Below, one piece after another: positions 19,393 through 28,758 of a stretch of 64,000 nt of DNA. The DNA is from an uncultured Candidatus Saccharibacteria bacterium (GTDB lineage Bacteria; Patescibacteriota; Minisyncoccia; Phycocordibacterales; WO2-35-19). Each line of letters opens with the position of its first letter. Position 1 is the first letter of the stretch. The stretch lies in the NCBI GenBank assembly GCA_964548205.1, contig CAZJPJ010000002.1, positions 5,737 to 69,736 of the forward strand. Direction: 5' to 3'. The position numbers were made by a program, and so were the translations under genes. The notes beneath the pieces were generated by a model. It saw only the letters and a list, made by a program, of their open reading frames with translations. It was not told where the DNA came from and searched no databases.

Positions 19393-19421
19393 TTGATTAA
19401 AAAAGTGTAACCTGTTATATT
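19393..19421 (+). promoter_or_regulatory. Sigma70-like promoter upstream of rplC: TTGATT, 17-nt spacer, TATATT
   Basis: Lies between the hairpin and the rplC start. Confidence 0.35.
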
Positions 19422-19467
19422 ATCCATCAAGCCAAATGGCCTTTTATTTTGCAAGATTAAACACGGA

Positions 19468-20082
19468 ATGAAGTTTCTTTTAGCTAAAAAAATAAATATG
19501 ACCCAAGTCTTTGGGGTAGACAACAAGGTACGAGCTGTAACGGTTCTTCTTGTTGCTCCTAATACCGTATCTCAGATAAAAACTAAAGAGAAAGATGGTT
19601 ATAATGCTGTACAGTTCGCTGCTTTTGATCGCAAAGAGAAAAATATCAAAAAACCACAAAGGGGACATCTTAAGGATATAGGATCTTTTTCTCATATGAG
19701 AGAAGTTCGCATGGAGGCTGGTGAAATGAAAAGAGGAGATAAGGTTGGCGTCGATATTTTTAAGGCTGGAGAGACGGTGACAGTCAGAGCAATTTCAAAG
19801 GGTAAAGGTTTTCAAGGTGTAGTAAAGAGGCATGGTTTTGCTGGAGGTAGGAGAACACATGGTCAGAAGCACTCCGAAAGAGAACCGGGTTCCATAGGCG
19901 GTGGGGGTAGGGCTGGAGGCAGGGTGGCAAAAGGTATGCGTATGGCAGGAAGAATGGGGGGAGACAGAGTCACTGTGAAAAACCTAAAGGTAGTAGCTGT
20001 CGATACTGATAAGAATGAAATACTAGTCTCTGGTGCTGTGCCTGGTAGAAGGGGGACTCTTGTAGAAGTAAAATCAAGCTAA
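19468..20082 (+). CDS. rplC: 50S ribosomal protein L3
   Basis: LLAKKINMTQVF...VTVL aligns to the L3 N-terminus. The Gly/Arg-rich loop (GGGGRAGGRVAKGMRMAGRMG) is present. Confidence 0.9.
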   Translation: MKFLLAKKINMTQVFGVDNKVRAVTVLLVAPNTVSQIKTKEKDGYNAVQFAAFDRKEKNIKKPQRGHLKDIGSFSHMREVRMEAGEMKRGDKVGVDIFKAGETVTVRAISKGKGFQGVVKRHGFAGGRRTHGQKHSEREPGSIGGGGRAGGRVAKGMRMAGRMGGDRVTVKNLKVVAVDTDKNEILVSGAVPGRRGTLVEVKSS

Positions 20083-20107
20083 AAGAGGGTAATATTTGAT
20101 ATAAAAA

Positions 20108-20779
20108 ATGGAAGCAATAGTTTACAACCAAAAAGGAGTAGAGGATGGCAAAATAAAATTGCCAAAGAGTATCTTCGGATTGCCAAAAAATGATGCGCTG
20201 GTACATCAGGTTGTGGTTTCAATGATGGGCAACGCTAGGACTCCGGTAGCTCATACAAAAAACAGGGGGGAAGTCAGTGGTACAGGCAAGAAGCCATGGA
20301 AGCAAAAGGGTACTGGCAGAGCAAGACACGGTTCACGCAGAAGCCCTATATGGGTAGGTGGAGGTATAGCTCATGGTCCTAGAAACGAACGCGACTATTC
20401 TAGAAAGATAAACAAGAAGATGAAAACCAAAGCTCTCTTTACCGTATTGTCTCAAAAATATGAAGATGGAAAAGTCTTGTTTGTGGGTCCTATGGACTTT
20501 AAGGCTCCAAAAACAAGCGAAGCTAAGAAGATGGTAGGAACTCTTGCGACAATAAGTGGTTTTTCTGGTTTGAACAGTAGGAAGAATGCTTTTATACTAG
20601 CGACTCCAAACAAGTCTGAAGCGTTGAGTAAGAGTTTTCGAAATTTTGGCAACATAGAGACCGCTGCGGTCAAAGATCTAAATCCTGTCGATGTTTTGAA
20701 ATACAAATACGTATTGTTCGGGGATGCAAACGGAGCTCTAGAAGTCTTAAAACAGAGATCTTATAAGAAAGAGGAATAA
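20108..20779 (+). CDS. rplD: 50S ribosomal protein L4
   Basis: L4 family: ...KPWKQKGTGRARHGSRRSPIWVGGG.AHGP... Confidence 0.9.
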   Translation: MEAIVYNQKGVEDGKIKLPKSIFGLPKNDALVHQVVVSMMGNARTPVAHTKNRGEVSGTGKKPWKQKGTGRARHGSRRSPIWVGGGIAHGPRNERDYSRKINKKMKTKALFTVLSQKYEDGKVLFVGPMDFKAPKTSEAKKMVGTLATISGFSGLNSRKNAFILATPNKSEALSKSFRNFGNIETAAVKDLNPVDVLKYKYVLFGDANGALEVLKQRSYKKEE

Positions 20780-20784
20780 ATAAC

Positions 20785-21078
20785 ATGGCAGATAAGCAAA
20801 CCAAAAAAGCTAAATATGCAGACATACTTATAAAGCCACACATGACAGAGAAGGCTAACAATGCTGCCTCTAAAAATGTTCACACTTTTGATATTGCCCC
20901 TTCTGCAACCAAAGGTGATGTGGCAAAAGCTATCGATGCTTTTTATGGAGTTGCTCCTGTCAAAATTGCTATAGTAAATCTTCCAAAGAAAAAAGTTTTT
21001 GTTAGAGGTAAAGTTGGCTTTAAAAATGCTACCAAGAAGGCTTATGTATATTTGAAGGAGGGAGATAAGATAGAATAA
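20785..21078 (+). CDS. rplW: 50S ribosomal protein L23
   Basis: ILIKPHMTEKA...TFDIAPSATKGDVAKAI... Confidence 0.9.
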   Translation: MADKQTKKAKYADILIKPHMTEKANNAASKNVHTFDIAPSATKGDVAKAIDAFYGVAPVKIAIVNLPKKKVFVRGKVGFKNATKKAYVYLKEGDKIE

Positions 21079-21082
21079 AAAT

Positions 21083-21931
21083 ATGGCTATAAAACACTAC
21101 AAACCAACAACGAAATCTAGACGCCACATGAGTGTGGTGAACTATAGAGGTGTCACTACTACGAATAAGCCCCACAAAGCCCTTACTGTAGGTGGTAAAA
21201 GACACGTAGGTAGAGATGGTGCTGGTAGGATAAGCGTAAGACACAAAGGGGGTGGTCACAAGAGGCTTTTCAGAGATATAGATTTTAGATACAACAAAAT
21301 AAACATACCTTACAAAATAGCTTCTGTAGAATACGATCCAAATAGAACTGGTCTCATAGCTCTTGCTGTATACAAAGATGGAGAGAAACGATACATCTTG
21401 CTCCCAAGAGAGGTGAAGGTTGGGGAAACATGCATCACGGCACCTGAGACAGAGGTCAAAGTTGGCAACAGAATGAATCTGGCCAACATACCACTTGGAA
21501 CGTTTGTATACAATGTGGAATTGAAGCCGGGAGAGGGTGCAAAGATTGCAAGAAGTGCTGGAAATTATGTCCAAGTTATCGCCAAAGATGCCGGATTTGT
21601 CGACCTTAAGATGCCATCGAGTGAAGTAAGAAAAGTTAGAGAAAATTGCTTTGCGTCTATAGGTGCTGTTTCAAACGAAGAGAAAAGACTAGAAAAGTAT
21701 GGGAAGGCCGGAAGAAGTAGACATAAGGGTATTAGACCAACTGTAAGGGGTACAGCCATGAATCCAGTAGATCACCCACACGGAGGAGGTGAGGGAAGGC
21801 AAGGCAGAGGAAGAAGGAGAGCCATCTCTCTTTGGGGTAGGCCTACTGGTAAAGGTCAGAAGACTAGAAAAGCTAAAAAGTATTCTGATAAATATATTGT
21901 TTCTAGGAGAAAAGTCGGCAAGAAGCGATAA
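21083..21931 (+). CDS. rplB: 50S ribosomal protein L2
   Basis: L2 signatures: ...GRDGAGRISVRHKGGGHKR...HPHGGGEGRQGRG... Confidence 0.95.
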   Translation: MAIKHYKPTTKSRRHMSVVNYRGVTTTNKPHKALTVGGKRHVGRDGAGRISVRHKGGGHKRLFRDIDFRYNKINIPYKIASVEYDPNRTGLIALAVYKDGEKRYILLPREVKVGETCITAPETEVKVGNRMNLANIPLGTFVYNVELKPGEGAKIARSAGNYVQVIAKDAGFVDLKMPSSEVRKVRENCFASIGAVSNEEKRLEKYGKAGRSRHKGIRPTVRGTAMNPVDHPHGGGEGRQGRGRRRAISLWGRPTGKGQKTRKAKKYSDKYIVSRRKVGKKR

Positions 21932-21954
21932 GCAAGAAAAATAAGATCTAAACC

Positions 21955-22455
21955 ATGACAAAAGTTATTTCATCAGTGGACATAAAAAGTAGACAAACTC
22001 TCGATATCCGTTCGGGAGATACTTTGAAGGTTACCCAAAAAATAATAGAGCGTGACAAAAAAACAGGAAAACCTAAAACTAGGCTCCAAGTCTTTGAAGG
22101 CATTTGTCTTGCACTTAAGCACGGCAAGCAAGCAGGATCTACTTTTACAGTCAGAAAGACTGCAAGCGGGGTTGGTGTAGAAAGAATCTTTCCTCTTTAT
22201 TCTCCAATGATCGAGAAGATAGAGGTGACAAAGCGATCCAAGGTTAGACAAAGCAAGCTCTACCATATACGCGACAAAGCAGCCAAAGAAATCAGAAGGC
22301 AAATGAGAAATATTCAGGCAGTTCCGGAGCAAGAAGAGGTGAAAGCAGAAGAAGAAGTGGTGGCGGAAGAGAAAACAGAAGAAAATAAAGATCAAATGAC
22401 AGAAAGCTCTGAAAACACAGAGACCACGGAAAAGACAGAAGAAACAAAAGAATAA
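21955..22455 (+). CDS. rplS: 50S ribosomal protein L19 (with an E/K-rich C-terminal tail), sitting where rpsS (S19) would normally be
   Basis: RSGDTLKV...RLQVFEGICLAL..FTVRKTASGVGVERIFPLYSP.IEKIEV...KLYHIR aligns with L19, not S19. Confidence 0.85.
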   Translation: MTKVISSVDIKSRQTLDIRSGDTLKVTQKIIERDKKTGKPKTRLQVFEGICLALKHGKQAGSTFTVRKTASGVGVERIFPLYSPMIEKIEVTKRSKVRQSKLYHIRDKAAKEIRRQMRNIQAVPEQEEVKAEEEVVAEEKTEENKDQMTESSENTETTEKTEETKE

Positions 22456-22532
22456 TAAACCAAAAGCCCCCAAGGGGGCTTTTGGTTTATGTAATTGAAA
22501 AAAGTTGTTATTTAGCTATACTTGTCTTTATT

Positions 22533-22617
22533 GCGCAGGTGGCGGAACTGGTATACGCGTACGCTTGAGGTGCGTATGGAGCAATCCTTGGAGGTTCAAG
22601 TCCTCTCCTGCGCACCA
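22533..22617 (+). tRNA. tRNA-Leu(GAG), type II with a long variable arm. 3' CCA encoded
   Basis: Acceptor gcgcagg/cctgcgc, 3-bp D stem, anticodon stem tacgc/gcgta, loop ttGAGgt, variable stem-loop, T arm ggagg-ttcaagt-cctct, discriminator A. Confidence 0.85.
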
Positions 22618-22728
22618 GATTGATATTTTTGCTTTGCAACACTTTATGATTAAGGGTTTGTCGGTGGGGGACCCGCGCTTTTGATTGTAGAATTATTAGT
22701 AAAAGTATGTCACAATACATTACCTGAT

Positions 22729-22802
22729 GGTGGTACTAGCTCAGCTGGTAGAGCGCCGCTCTGTGGAAGCGGAGGTCATGGGTTCGAACCCCATGTATCA
22801 CC
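22729..22802 (+). tRNA. tRNA-His(GTG) with an encoded G-1
   Basis: Extra 5' G paired to discriminator C73. Anticodon stem ccgct/agcgg, loop ctGTGga, T loop ttcgaac. Confidence 0.85.
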
Positions 22803-22820
22803 CAAATATAAATTCTAAAA

Positions 22821-23318
22821 GTGACAAATTACTTTCAAAACAAGAAAGATCACCCTCAACATATTTCAGTCGGGGCGGTGGTTGTAAATAGCAAGGGCGA
22901 GATAATGGCCCACTATTTTAGTGAACGACTTTCTCATGGATATTGGCCAGACCTAGGGCTAAAAGACTTTTATATTTTGATGAGGGAGACACTGAATCCA
23001 AACGAAACTCTCGAACAAGCTCTACACAGAGGTCTTATGGAAGAGTTTGGAGTAGAGGCAGAGATTGTCGATTATATCGGATCACAATGTACAAGTGTAA
23101 ATAGCGCGAAACATGGCTGGAAGATCGACAAAACGACTTTGTATTTCTTGTGCAAATTTATATCTCAAGATGTATCGAAGAGAAGCAAAGAAGACATAGA
23201 GGGTGAGACTGATATAGAATGGCGAACCAAAGAATTTCTTATTTCCAAGATGAAAGATCAAGCAAAGAAATATGGCAGAGGCGATCTAGACGAATCAAGC
23301 ATCTTAGAGAAAATATAA
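22821..23318 (+). CDS. NUDIX hydrolase
   Basis: Nudix box G.....E.LEQALHRGLMEEFGVEA. Confidence 0.75.
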   Translation: MTNYFQNKKDHPQHISVGAVVVNSKGEIMAHYFSERLSHGYWPDLGLKDFYILMRETLNPNETLEQALHRGLMEEFGVEAEIVDYIGSQCTSVNSAKHGWKIDKTTLYFLCKFISQDVSKRSKEDIEGETDIEWRTKEFLISKMKDQAKKYGRGDLDESSILEKI

Positions 23319-23368
23319 TCCACACTATTTTGGATATTAATGTGGAGATTACTTTATAATTATTTGTA

Positions 23369-23635
23369 ATGGAAGGGGGGAAAGATGCTTACAAAAAGAT
23401 TCTTACTGAGATCATAAAAAAGCAATCTGTGATACTAGGACCTCAGATCGCTGTCTTGAAGGCCCGAGCAGTACCGGGTCTCAAGATTCTTGATGATGGA
23501 ACCGTGGTTGATTTGTCAGGCAATGAGCAAGACATTCTGCACAAACTAGTAGAGCAGTACGTAGCTCTTTCTGGTGAGATTGTGAAGAATGCGGTCAACT
23601 CTGTTTTTGATAAGTATCCTAATCTACAAACATAA
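23369..23635 (+). CDS. Hypothetical protein
   Basis: 88-aa ORF. No homology recognised. Confidence 0.35.
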   Translation: MEGGKDAYKKILTEIIKKQSVILGPQIAVLKARAVPGLKILDDGTVVDLSGNEQDILHKLVEQYVALSGEIVKNAVNSVFDKYPNLQT

Positions 23636-24033
23636 TGAAAAAAGTATTAATAATGTTTATGTTCGGTTTGTTACCCACTATGTCGTTGGCACAGACTGTT
23701 AGTATAAAAGACGTTGACGTCGAAGATGGCGTTGCTTATGCATCGTTCTTTACTAGCAACTTCTCCTTTCTCTTGTCTATAATAATAGGTCTTTTCGCTA
23801 CCTATTTTGTATATAGGTCTTCAAGAAAGATGGGTGGAGGGCTGTTTGGAGACGTTTTGAAATATGTTTCAGCAGGCATGCTACTTATAAGCCTTGGTGC
23901 ATTTGCTTTGGCTGCACCGATACTAGCTAATATCCAGTGGGTTTCTATTATTTATAGCGCGCTATTGTCTCTAGGTTTCGTGTTTCTTGTTCTCGGGGCT
24001 GAAAAGCTACTAAAAGGTATAAGCGAAAAGTAA
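23635..24033 (+). CDS. Hypothetical membrane protein (signal peptide plus TM segments)
   Basis: MKKVLIMFMFGLLPTMSLAQ leader and three hydrophobic segments. Overlaps its neighbours (ATGA). Confidence 0.45.
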   Translation: MKKVLIMFMFGLLPTMSLAQTVSIKDVDVEDGVAYASFFTSNFSFLLSIIIGLFATYFVYRSSRKMGGGLFGDVLKYVSAGMLLISLGAFALAAPILANIQWVSIIYSALLSLGFVFLVLGAEKLLKGISEK

Positions 24034-24034
24034 A

Positions 24035-25807
24035 ATGCAATCTGCTCTATTCGTGAGCAATATATTTTTTTTAGTCTCATCGACCATATTCTTGGCACTC
24101 ATAGTAGTGTCATTTTTGCTGATGCGTTCACTAAAGAAAAGGGATAATGAAGTCAAAAAAGAAAAAGAACTTTCAGCCAGAAGATTGTATGAGACTACGG
24201 TCGCCAAAGAAATAGGAGAACGCATCGGCTACTCCCTAGATGTATCTGAGATACTGAGTGTCATAACAGGAAGCCTAAGGCAGTTTATCGATTATACCAG
24301 TGTCGCTTACTTGGTACTTGGAGGCACTGAGATGAAATTTAACATCCATTTTGAAAAATCAGTCGATCATACATATTTTTCTGATGTTAAAAAAAGAACA
24401 GTCGATTCTTTGTCTGCGCTTTTGAATGAAAATATCAACAATCAAAAAATTTCTGATGTTGTATCAGGGGCAATAGAAATAGATGTCGGGATGCAGAAAG
24501 TTGGATCGTTTTTCAATATCCCTCTTGTTGTTGGGGGCAAACTCTCAGCTGTGCTCAATGTTTCCAGTATTGAAGAAGGTAAATACAAAGAAGACGACAT
24601 GACTATACTTTACAAGATTGTGTCGCAAGCTTCCGAACAGGTAACGAGGTTGCAAGAGGTTGTAAAGACTGAGCAAAGCAAGATAAACTCTATGGTATCC
24701 AGTATGGGGGAAGGGGTGATGATGGTCGACAAAGATTATCGGATAATAGTCGCAAATCCTGCCGTCAAAGAAATAATCGGGATCGATGATGATAGGGAGC
24801 TCAGCATATTTGATTTTATCGATAAACTGGGAGGTAAGTTCGATATAAGGGGTAGACTAGAAGAAAGTGTTGTAAAAAATGATTCATATGTGTCCGATAG
24901 AATCGAGATAAATAAATTCTATTATGCTATAGGTGTATATCCTGTTACTTCAGAAAAACTGAGAGGAGGGAGCGAGATACTAGGTGCGGTAGTCGTGTTC
25001 CACGATATGTCTAGAGAGGTGGAAGTAGAACAAATAAGAGAAGAGTATACTTCTATGATAGTACACGAATTGCGTTCACCGCTCGATGGGATAAAGAAAA
25101 TTATGGAGCTGGTTCATTCTGGTAAGGTCAGGAAAGGAGGAAAAGAGTTTGACGATTATCTCTCTATGATGCTCAACAGCTCTTCTTCGATGCTGGAGTT
25201 GGTAAACGATATTCTCGATATATCAAAGATCAGAGCCGGTAAATTCGAAATACATAAGACAGAAACTGATATCAAATCTCTTTTTGAAGACAGATTTATG
25301 TTCTACAAGCCTAGTGCAAAATCAAGAGGTGTAGATTTATCTCTCTCTATAAGTAACAATGTTCCCAAGACCATAAATCTTGACGAGAGAGCCATAAAGC
25401 AAGTTATAAACAACTATGTATCAAATGCTTTGAAATTTACAAAAGAGGGAGGCAAAGTGTTGGTATCAGTTTTTGTAGCAGAGAAGGGTCGTGTTTTGCC
25501 AGATGATCTTGAAAGAGCAGACATGAAAGTTTTCCCATCCATCAAGGATATGAACATAGAAGGAAAGACTTTGTGTATAGTGGTTTCAGACAATGGTTCT
25601 GGTATAAAGGATGAGTATATGCAAAATCTGTTCCAGAGCTATGTGCAGGTTGGGAATGGATCAAACAATGAAAAAGAGAAAGGTACTGGTCTTGGGCTTG
25701 CTATCAGCAAAGGTATAGCTCAGGCTCATGGTGGAAATGTGGGCGCTATATCAAGAAGCGAGGAAGGTTCAAGTTTCTTCTTTACACTACCGCTTGACGC
25801 AGTATAA
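24035..25807 (+). CDS. Sensor histidine kinase (TM, PAS-like, HisKA/HATPase)
   Basis: N-terminal TM, H-box HELRSPLDGI, N box NALKFT, G boxes DNGSGI and GTGLGLAISKGIAQAHGG. Confidence 0.85.
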   Translation: MQSALFVSNIFFLVSSTIFLALIVVSFLLMRSLKKRDNEVKKEKELSARRLYETTVAKEIGERIGYSLDVSEILSVITGSLRQFIDYTSVAYLVLGGTEMKFNIHFEKSVDHTYFSDVKKRTVDSLSALLNENINNQKISDVVSGAIEIDVGMQKVGSFFNIPLVVGGKLSAVLNVSSIEEGKYKEDDMTILYKIVSQASEQVTRLQEVVKTEQSKINSMVSSMGEGVMMVDKDYRIIVANPAVKEIIGIDDDRELSIFDFIDKLGGKFDIRGRLEESVVKNDSYVSDRIEINKFYYAIGVYPVTSEKLRGGSEILGAVVVFHDMSREVEVEQIREEYTSMIVHELRSPLDGIKKIMELVHSGKVRKGGKEFDDYLSMMLNSSSSMLELVNDILDISKIRAGKFEIHKTETDIKSLFEDRFMFYKPSAKSRGVDLSLSISNNVPKTINLDERAIKQVINNYVSNALKFTKEGGKVLVSVFVAEKGRVLPDDLERADMKVFPSIKDMNIEGKTLCIVVSDNGSGIKDEYMQNLFQSYVQVGNGSNNEKEKGTGLGLAISKGIAQAHGGNVGAISRSEEGSSFFFTLPLDAV

Positions 25808-25814
25808 TTAGTAT

Positions 25815-26180
25815 ATGAAAAAGATATTGATTGTAGATGATGACGAATTTTTCCCAAAGACTTTGGCTTCTGCTTTGCCTGTTGGTAAATACAAGATTGT
25901 CATGGCTAGTGACGGGGCTGAGGGTATGGAAAAATTAAAAACAGAGAATCCAGATCTGGTTATCTTGGATCTGCTGATGCCGAAGATGGATGGTACAGAG
26001 TTTTTGCGAGCGGTAAATGCAGACAAGGATATAAAAAAAATTCCTATACTAGTTTCTTCAAATTTGACCAGTATGAAGAAGGTGGGTGACTGTTTGTCTA
26101 TGGGTGCGGCTGGTTATATATTAAAGTCCGATGAGAGCCTCGATACTATAGTTCAAGATATAGAAAGAATCTTGGGATAA
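25815..26180 (+). CDS. Response regulator, receiver domain only (CheY-like)
   Basis: KILIVDDDE...LVILDLLMPKMDG...K... REC signature. No output domain. Confidence 0.85.
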   Translation: MKKILIVDDDEFFPKTLASALPVGKYKIVMASDGAEGMEKLKTENPDLVILDLLMPKMDGTEFLRAVNADKDIKKIPILVSSNLTSMKKVGDCLSMGAAGYILKSDESLDTIVQDIERILG

Positions 26181-26181
26181 T

Positions 26182-26754
26182 TTAAGACAATACTTCTAGT
26201 AGTAGAGTTCCAAGGTACACTGTAATGGTGTTGCTAGGTAGGAGCCCTACAAAAGTCCCCAATATGTAGTTTGTCAAACTTATTCTAGATAGACCCATAA
26301 GAATATTAAGAACATTGAACGGCATAATAGGAAGAATACGTAAAATAACAAGATCCGCCACTCCGCTATTCTCCAGTCTGTGATTGTATTTTTTTATAGA
26401 TTCCAGATACTTGCTGTTTAATATACTCTCAACCCACGATCTACCCATCATTCTAGATATATAGAAGGTGATAAGTGAACTCATTAAGCCTCCTATCATT
26501 GTAAACACCAATCCGTGAGCGAACCCGAACAATATGCCGCTTATAAGCATGAAGGGAGTAGAAGGTATAAATATAGTACCGATTGCAAGTATCACTATAA
26601 AGACGATCGGGGCCAGTATACCCAACTGATTGATGTACTCTCTAAAATCGTCTATATTTACTTGGTTTTCAAGTATGGGGGATACGATCAAGCCTGAAAT
26701 CACAAGGCAAATGAACAACCAGAATAGATATTTTTGAAGCTTTTTAAATTTCAT
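26182..26754 (-). CDS. DedA / TVP38-TMEM64 family membrane protein
   Basis: Multi-TM protein with the family-typical GxxxGxxxG-like core (FIPSTPFMLISGILFG) and ...RILPIMPFNVLNILMGLSRIS. Confidence 0.55.
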   Translation of the reverse strand: MKFKKLQKYLFWLFICLVISGLIVSPILENQVNIDDFREYINQLGILAPIVFIVILAIGTIFIPSTPFMLISGILFGFAHGLVFTMIGGLMSSLITFYISRMMGRSWVESILNSKYLESIKKYNHRLENSGVADLVILRILPIMPFNVLNILMGLSRISLTNYILGTFVGLLPSNTITVYLGTLLLEVLS

Positions 26755-26776
26755 TATTAAAATTATAATAGCAGTT

Positions 26777-27601
26777 ATGGTTCATGTTTTGTATGGAAAA
26801 CCAGTTAGAGATAGTATCAAGGCTAATTTGGTAGAAAGGATTGGGAGGCTTTCTTTTGTCCCCGAGTTGGTTATTTTCCAGGTTGGAGATAGGGATGATT
26901 CAAATATCTATATAAATAATAAAAAGAAATTCGGAGAAGAAATTGGAGCAAAGATTAGGCATATAAAATTGGACGAGTCAGTAGAAGAGAGGGTACTTAT
27001 CGAAGAAGTGAAGAAAATGAATAATGAAGAGAGTGTTTCCGGTATCATAATCCAGCTGCCTCTACCCAAAAATATGGATACAGAGAAAATCCTTTCTTTT
27101 ATCTCCAAAGAAAAAGATGCTGACGGTTTGAGAGAAGTAGGAGGGGAAAATGAAGAAATTTTTGTTACTCCTGCGACAGCGAGGGCTGTAGAAAATATTT
27201 TGGATTTCTATAATATTGAGGTGTTGGGCAAGAAAGTTGCTGTGGTCGGTCGCTCTAGGTTGGCTGGATCCCCCATTGCTAGTGTTTTAAGAAAACGGGG
27301 GGCTCAGGTAGAGGTTTGTCATAAGGAAACGCTAGATACGGAAGCGGTTTGTAAAAGCTCTGATGTATTGGTATCTGCTGCAGGCCAGCCTAGTCTTATA
27401 ACAAAAGATTTTGTAAATAGTAACCAAGTTGTTATTGATGTGGGTATCAATAGGGTGAACGCTTCTGTTGTTGGGGATGTGGATTTTGAGGAAGTGGAGC
27501 CTATTGTTAAAGCAATTACGCCCGTACCGGGGGGTGTCGGCCCTCTTACAGTAGCTTGTCTTTTTGAGAATTTGCTTGATCTCTGTTATAATAAGAGCTA
27601 A
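26777..27601 (+). CDS. folD: Bifunctional 5,10-methylene-THF dehydrogenase / 5,10-methenyl-THF cyclohydrolase
   Basis: GKKVAVVGRSRLAGSPIA, VDVGINRV, PVPGGVGPLTVACL motifs. Confidence 0.85.
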   Translation: MVHVLYGKPVRDSIKANLVERIGRLSFVPELVIFQVGDRDDSNIYINNKKKFGEEIGAKIRHIKLDESVEERVLIEEVKKMNNEESVSGIIIQLPLPKNMDTEKILSFISKEKDADGLREVGGENEEIFVTPATARAVENILDFYNIEVLGKKVAVVGRSRLAGSPIASVLRKRGAQVEVCHKETLDTEAVCKSSDVLVSAAGQPSLITKDFVNSNQVVIDVGINRVNASVVGDVDFEEVEPIVKAITPVPGGVGPLTVACLFENLLDLCYNKS

Positions 27602-27647
27602 GGTTTCCTTTATAAAGTATTTTAATTTATTAACTAATTAATTTTTT

Positions 27648-28451
27648 ATGTTCAACCAAATTATGGGTAGCGAGTCAGGAAAAATAGCAAAATGGGCAAC
27701 AATAACATTGATGCTATTATCGGCGTTTCTTTTTGTTCATGTAGTATCTGGACTATGGAGATTGCCAAATATAGACAGAGAAACATATCCGCAGAGTACC
27801 ATAACAGCTACTGGAAAGGGTGAGGCCTACGCTATCCCAGATGTCGGGTCATTCAGTTTTACAGTTACTGAAACTGCAGAATCGACCGAGGCGGCCCAAA
27901 AATTGTTGAATGAAAAAGTTTCGAGTGCAATCGCAGCAGTGAAGCAGATGGGAGTAGAAGAGAAAGATGTGAAGACTATAAACTACAATGTGTATCCAAA
28001 GTATCAATGGAGTGAAATAGTATGTGTCACTTACCCTTGTCCTCGAGGTGAGAATAAGCTAATTGGTTATGAAGTCAGCCAAACCATTCTTGTGAAGGTT
28101 AGAGACTTGGACAAAGCTGGGACTCTAGTAGACGAAGTAGGGGCTATCGGTATTTCAAATATTGGTGGGATCCAGTTTGAAGTAGATGACCGAGAAAAGT
28201 ATGTAGCAGAAGCTAGAGAGCAAGCTATAGCCGATGCAAAAGAACAGGGCAAGATTTTGGCTAAGCAGTTAGGTGTAAGACTTGGAAAGGTTTTGTATTT
28301 CAATGAAAACGGTGGCTATCCAACACCATATTATGCAGAAGGTATGGGCGGAGGAGATATAACAATGTCTGCTTCTATGATGAAGGCCGAAATCCCTGTG
28401 GGTGAAAACAAAATAGAGTCTCAAGTCTCAATAACTTACGAAATAGACTAG
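27648..28451 (+). CDS. SIMPL/DUF541-family secreted (periplasmic-immunogenic-like) protein
   Basis: N-terminal TM/signal, then ITATGKGEAYAIPDVGSFSFTV...QTILVKVRDLDKAGTLVDE... as in SIMPL domain proteins. Confidence 0.55.
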   Translation: MFNQIMGSESGKIAKWATITLMLLSAFLFVHVVSGLWRLPNIDRETYPQSTITATGKGEAYAIPDVGSFSFTVTETAESTEAAQKLLNEKVSSAIAAVKQMGVEEKDVKTINYNVYPKYQWSEIVCVTYPCPRGENKLIGYEVSQTILVKVRDLDKAGTLVDEVGAIGISNIGGIQFEVDDREKYVAEAREQAIADAKEQGKILAKQLGVRLGKVLYFNENGGYPTPYYAEGMGGGDITMSASMMKAEIPVGENKIESQVSITYEID

Positions 28452-28492
28452 ATTTGACACTTTTGGTGTATCTGGTAGAATAGAAACCAAAG

Positions 28493-28514
28493 GACCCGGG
28501 TAACGGGTTTTTTG
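28493..28514 (+). terminator. Intrinsic terminator-like hairpin with a T6 tract
   Basis: acccg-ggtaa-cgggt followed by tttttt, 40 nt after the SIMPL gene stop. An overlapping TTGACA...TAGAAT promoter-like motif at 28455-28482 makes the function ambiguous. Confidence 0.4.
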
Positions 28515-28527
28515 GTAAAATAAACAT

Positions 28528-28704
28528 ATGTCTATAACAAACTATATAAAAGAAACAAAAAATGAAATGGCTCATGTTAGTTGGCCTACAAGAAATCAGT
28601 CGATAAATTTCAGTATATTGGTGGTAGTAGTGTCGGTACTTGTATCCTTATTTCTTGCCCTGTTCGATCTTATCTTTACAAGAATTTTGTCTCTAGTTGT
28701 CTAG
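28528..28704 (+). CDS. secE: Preprotein translocase subunit SecE (58 aa, below the supplied ORF-track cutoff)
   Basis: MSITNYIKETKNEMAHVSWPTRNQSINFSILVVVVSVLVSLFLALFDLIFTRILSLVV has the SecE motif (..E..KV.WPTR.E) and one TM. Directly upstream of nusG-rplK as in the canonical secE-nusG cluster. Confidence 0.8.
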   Translation: MSITNYIKETKNEMAHVSWPTRNQSINFSILVVVVSVLVSLFLALFDLIFTRILSLVV

Positions 28705-28758
28705 TTTTTAAAACTCTTGCTTTCAAATTTATAGACTTTAAACTTTTAACTAAATCTC

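Noticed and set aside
22508-22720. 70-aa ORF on the minus strand
   Set aside because: It lies antisense over the tRNA-Leu(GAG) gene and the tRNA-Leu/tRNA-His spacer. It shows no homology or coding signal, so it is treated as spurious.
28455-28482. TTGACA-16-TAGAAT promoter-like motif just before the terminator-like hairpin upstream of secE
   Set aside because: A terminator hairpin would form immediately downstream of the putative start site, so this may be a chance match or part of an attenuator. There is insufficient evidence to call either.
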